A stretch of 7,374 nucleotides of DNA from an uncultured archaeon. Its GTDB lineage: Archaea; Iainarchaeota; Iainarchaeia; Iainarchaeales; CSSED10-239. The position numbers were made by a program, and so were the translations under genes. This document shows positions 6,125 through 7,374 of this stretch, one piece after another; within the stretch, counting starts at the first letter, position 1, and each line of letters opens with the position of its first letter. Under the pieces are notes generated by a model, which did not search any database, was not told the origin of the DNA, and saw only the letters and a program-made list of their open reading frames with translations. Location of the stretch: assembly GCA_964468895.1 (NCBI GenBank), contig CAYXWT010000036.1, positions 1-7,374 of the forward strand. The letters are read 5' to 3'.

Positions 6125-6484
6125 ATGTTTGATTTTAGTAATGATTGTAAATATATAACTAAAGAAAAAATAATTGCTTGTGCATTAGGTCTTAATAAAA
6201 CTGAATTAATAATTTTTTCTATTTTGTTAGAAAATAATAAAAATAATAAAGAAATAACTAGTAAATGTATAAAATCTAAATTAAATTTAGATATTACAAA
6301 TATACAAAGATATCTTAAAAATTTAATAGAAAAAGATTTAGTAATAAGATCTAAGCATAATTTAAGTACTAGTGGTTATATCTATATTTATAAAATAAAA
6401 GATTTGTCTTATATAAAACAAAAAATACTAGAAAATACAACTAAATTATTTGAAAAAATAGAACAAGAGATAATCAAGATTTGA
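6125..6484 (+). CDS. Small winged-helix transcriptional regulator (TrmB/MarR-like N-terminal wHTH)
   Basis: LGLNKTELIIFSILLENNKNNKEITSKCIKSKLNLDITNIQRYLKNLIEKDLVIRSKH...GYIYIYKI fits the TrmB-type pattern (lgLt..Ea.vY..Ll..g..ta.ei.e.s.i.rs.vy..L..L..kglv......gr...y). The ATG is 6 nt after the thioredoxin stop, so the two genes are probably co-transcribed. The protein contains Cys8, Cys19 and Cys48. Confidence 0.65.
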   Translation: MFDFSNDCKYITKEKIIACALGLNKTELIIFSILLENNKNNKEITSKCIKSKLNLDITNIQRYLKNLIEKDLVIRSKHNLSTSGYIYIYKIKDLSYIKQKILENTTKLFEKIEQEIIKI

Positions 6485-6505
6485 TAGAAATACTTTTATT
6501 TAAAA

Positions 6506-6796
6506 TTATTTTTTTCTTCTATCTAAATCTTTAAGTATTTCTTTACCTTTAGTAGATATTTTTATAATTTTACCTTTTCTTAGTTCTTTATTTTCTATTT
6601 TTATAAGTTTTAATGCTTCAAGTTCTTTAATAGTTTTAGAAGTTGTGGGAAAATTTAAGTTAGTATCTATAGTTATTTCTTTAGGTGTTTTTGGATAATT
6701 AAGACAATATAATATTTTCTTCTTGTTTGGCGAAGCTAACACTTTTCCAAGTGTTTCAAAATCATAATTTTGTTTATAATTTTTATTAGTAGTCAT
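6506..6796 (-). CDS. Small winged-helix transcriptional regulator (ArsR/MarR-like, 96 aa)
   Basis: LGKVLASPNKKKILYCLNYPKTPKEITIDTNLNFPTTSKTIKELEALKLIKIENKELRKGKIIKISTKGKEIL shows the h1-h2-h3 wHTH layout followed by a beta-wing (RKGKIIKIS). This resembles small archaeal ArsR-type regulators. It is convergent with the preceding wHTH gene and divergent from the HExxH membrane ORF. Confidence 0.68.
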   Translation of the reverse strand: MTTNKNYKQNYDFETLGKVLASPNKKKILYCLNYPKTPKEITIDTNLNFPTTSKTIKELEALKLIKIENKELRKGKIIKISTKGKEILKDLDRRKK

Positions 6797-6816
6797 AAAA
6801 ATTAAGATATTTGAAG

Positions 6817-6828
6817 TTTTATTTTAAA
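6817..6828 (-). promoter_or_regulatory. TATA-like box for the 96-aa wHTH gene (leaderless-type spacing)
   Basis: On the minus strand this reads TTTAAAATAAAA, centred about 26 bp upstream of the ATG at 6796, and there is no SD. The AT-rich background lowers specificity. Confidence 0.3.
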
Positions 6829-6829
6829 G

Positions 6830-6857
6830 TAGTTACAATTTAGTTATGTTTTAGTTA
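6830..6857. repeat. Three direct TAGTTA hexamers phased at exactly 11 bp in a divergent promoter region (candidate operator array)
   Basis: TAGTTA occurs at 6830-6835, 6841-6846 and 6852-6857; copies 2 and 3 share TTTAGTTA. The array lies between the TATA-like box of the minus-strand wHTH gene (about 6817-6828) and that of the plus-strand HExxH gene (about 6863-6872). Confidence 0.45.
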
Positions 6858-6862
6858 ACGGG

Positions 6863-6872
6863 TTTAAAAATA
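6863..6872 (+). promoter_or_regulatory. TATA-like box for the HExxH membrane ORF (leaderless-type spacing)
   Basis: TTTAAAAATA is centred about 25 bp upstream of ATG 6892, and there is no SD. The AT-rich background lowers specificity. Confidence 0.35.
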
Positions 6873-6891
6873 TTTTGTTTCTATATTATAT

Positions 6892-7221
6892 ATGAAATTT
6901 AATAAAAGTATATTACTTTTATTTTTATTTACTTTAATAATAATATTTCTAGTTAATGTTCTACTAACTATTTCTCATGAACAAGCTCATTTAGAGATAA
7001 ATAAATCTTTTGATTGTAAAAATAATTATATAGAGTATAATTATTTATTCTCAAATGCTGTAACACATGCACTATGTAATTTAAATAATATAGAAGAAAT
7101 AGAGTATACTAAGTTACATATGTATAATGAGATATTTTCTTATAATATTAGAATATTAATATATTCAATAATACTTAGTGCTTTTTTAGTATCTTTTACT
7201 TTATTATTACTTAATAAATAG
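6892..7221 (+). CDS. Hypothetical two-TM membrane mini-protein with a juxtamembrane HExxH motif (possible minimal zinc metallopeptidase)
   Basis: The 109-aa protein has TM1 at about residues 6-27 (SILLLFLFTLIIIFLVNVLLTI), followed immediately by HEQAH (nt 6976-6990). A ~55-aa loop carries further potential ligands: Cys42, His59-x-x-Cys62, and His76-x-x-x-Glu80 (HMYNE). TM2 lies at about residues 86-107. A TATA-like box sits about 25 bp upstream of the ATG. I recognise no family. Confidence 0.55.
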   Translation: MKFNKSILLLFLFTLIIIFLVNVLLTISHEQAHLEINKSFDCKNNYIEYNYLFSNAVTHALCNLNNIEEIEYTKLHMYNEIFSYNIRILIYSIILSAFLVSFTLLLLNK

Positions 7222-7282
7222 TGGTTTATTGTTCGGTAATGACCTATTTATGACGATTTAGATACACTTATAAACATAATTG

Positions 7283-7310
7283 TAATTTATATATTTAGAA
7301 ATATAAATTA
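7283..7310. repeat. Perfect 10-bp inverted repeat TAATTTATAT-N8-ATATAAATTA upstream of the last ORF
   Basis: The arms at 7283-7292 and 7301-7310 are fully complementary, with an 8-bp spacer. The repeat lies 44-71 bp upstream of ATG 7354 and overlaps the likely TATA region. It is composed only of A/T. Confidence 0.3.
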
Positions 7311-7353
7311 ATATTTTTGAAATTTAAATAAAATAATAAATTGGAGATTATAT

Positions 7354-7374
7354 ATGAATAAATTAAGTTGGTGG
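7354..7374 (+). CDS. 5' end of an unidentified ORF (MNKLSWW...), truncated by the window edge
   Basis: An ATG at 7354 is preceded by GGAG (7343-7346) at 7-nt spacing. Only 7 codons are visible, so the call rests on the SD-like site and the long non-coding gap upstream. Confidence 0.3.

Noticed and set aside
5592-7221. Possible integrated mobile element using tRNA-Asn as its attachment site, with small regulators and a small membrane protein downstream.
   Set aside because: There is no integrase, no transposase, and no direct repeat of the tRNA 3' half downstream. The only 9-mer resemblance, AATCCTTCT near 2271, lies inside the protease gene. Thioredoxin is a housekeeping gene, and composition does not visibly change across the tRNA.
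7239-7254. ATGAC pentamer repeated at 11-bp spacing (7239-7243 and 7250-7254) in the slightly GC-richer stretch after the HExxH ORF.
   Set aside because: There are only two copies of a 5-mer and no palindromic or extended conservation. I found no convincing RNA fold or tRNA-fragment similarity in 7222-7265.
1-7374. CRISPR arrays, long tandem repeats, IS elements, toxin-antitoxin pairs or known defence-system genes.
   Set aside because: I scanned both strands by eye. There are no regularly spaced repeats longer than the hexamer array at 6830-6857, no terminal inverted repeats flanking an ORF, and no ORFs with nuclease, ATPase, transposase or integrase motifs.

Overview
This is a very AT-rich, densely coding segment (about three-quarters or more A+T by eye) that reads as archaeal chromosome. 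Supporting evidence: a Trm5-type tRNA m1G37 methyltransferase, a DUF63-like polytopic membrane protein, and a GC-rich tRNA-Asn(GUU) with a GGTTCAAATCC T-arm, no encoded CCA and trailing oligo-T tracts. TATA-like boxes also sit about 25 bp upstream of several start codons, suggesting leaderless transcripts; only two genes show Shine-Dalgarno-like sites. The source is probably a small-genome, low-GC archaeon (DPANN-like or a low-GC euryarchaeote), which cannot be resolved without a database search. Gene order: scpA > scpB > secreted/bitopic Lon-like S16 protease > | < trm5 | DUF63-like membrane protein > tRNA-Asn > thioredoxin > TrmB-like wHTH > | < ArsR/MarR-like wHTH | two-TM HExxH mini-protein > start of a further ORF. 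Most of the window is ordinary housekeeping. I see no CRISPR array, transposase, integrase or recognisable defence genes. Four items deserve a second look. (1) The 758-aa protein has an extracytoplasmic Ser-Lys Lon-type protease domain, a ~420-aa orphan helical ectodomain, a second TM and a cytoplasmic SHOCT-like/poly-Lys tail. (2) A small wHTH regulator is transcribed divergently from a 109-aa two-TM protein carrying a juxtamembrane HExxH motif, with three TAGTTA hexamers phased at 11 bp between the two core promoters. This may be a minimal repressor/membrane-metalloprotease signalling pair. (3) A thioredoxin and a Cys-containing wHTH regulator form a tight bicistron preceded by a TACTGTA-N7-TACAGTA palindrome. 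(4) The Trm5 G37-binding loop reads PLPK rather than the canonical NLPK. All functional assignments rest on motif recognition by eye and need HMM or structure searches.
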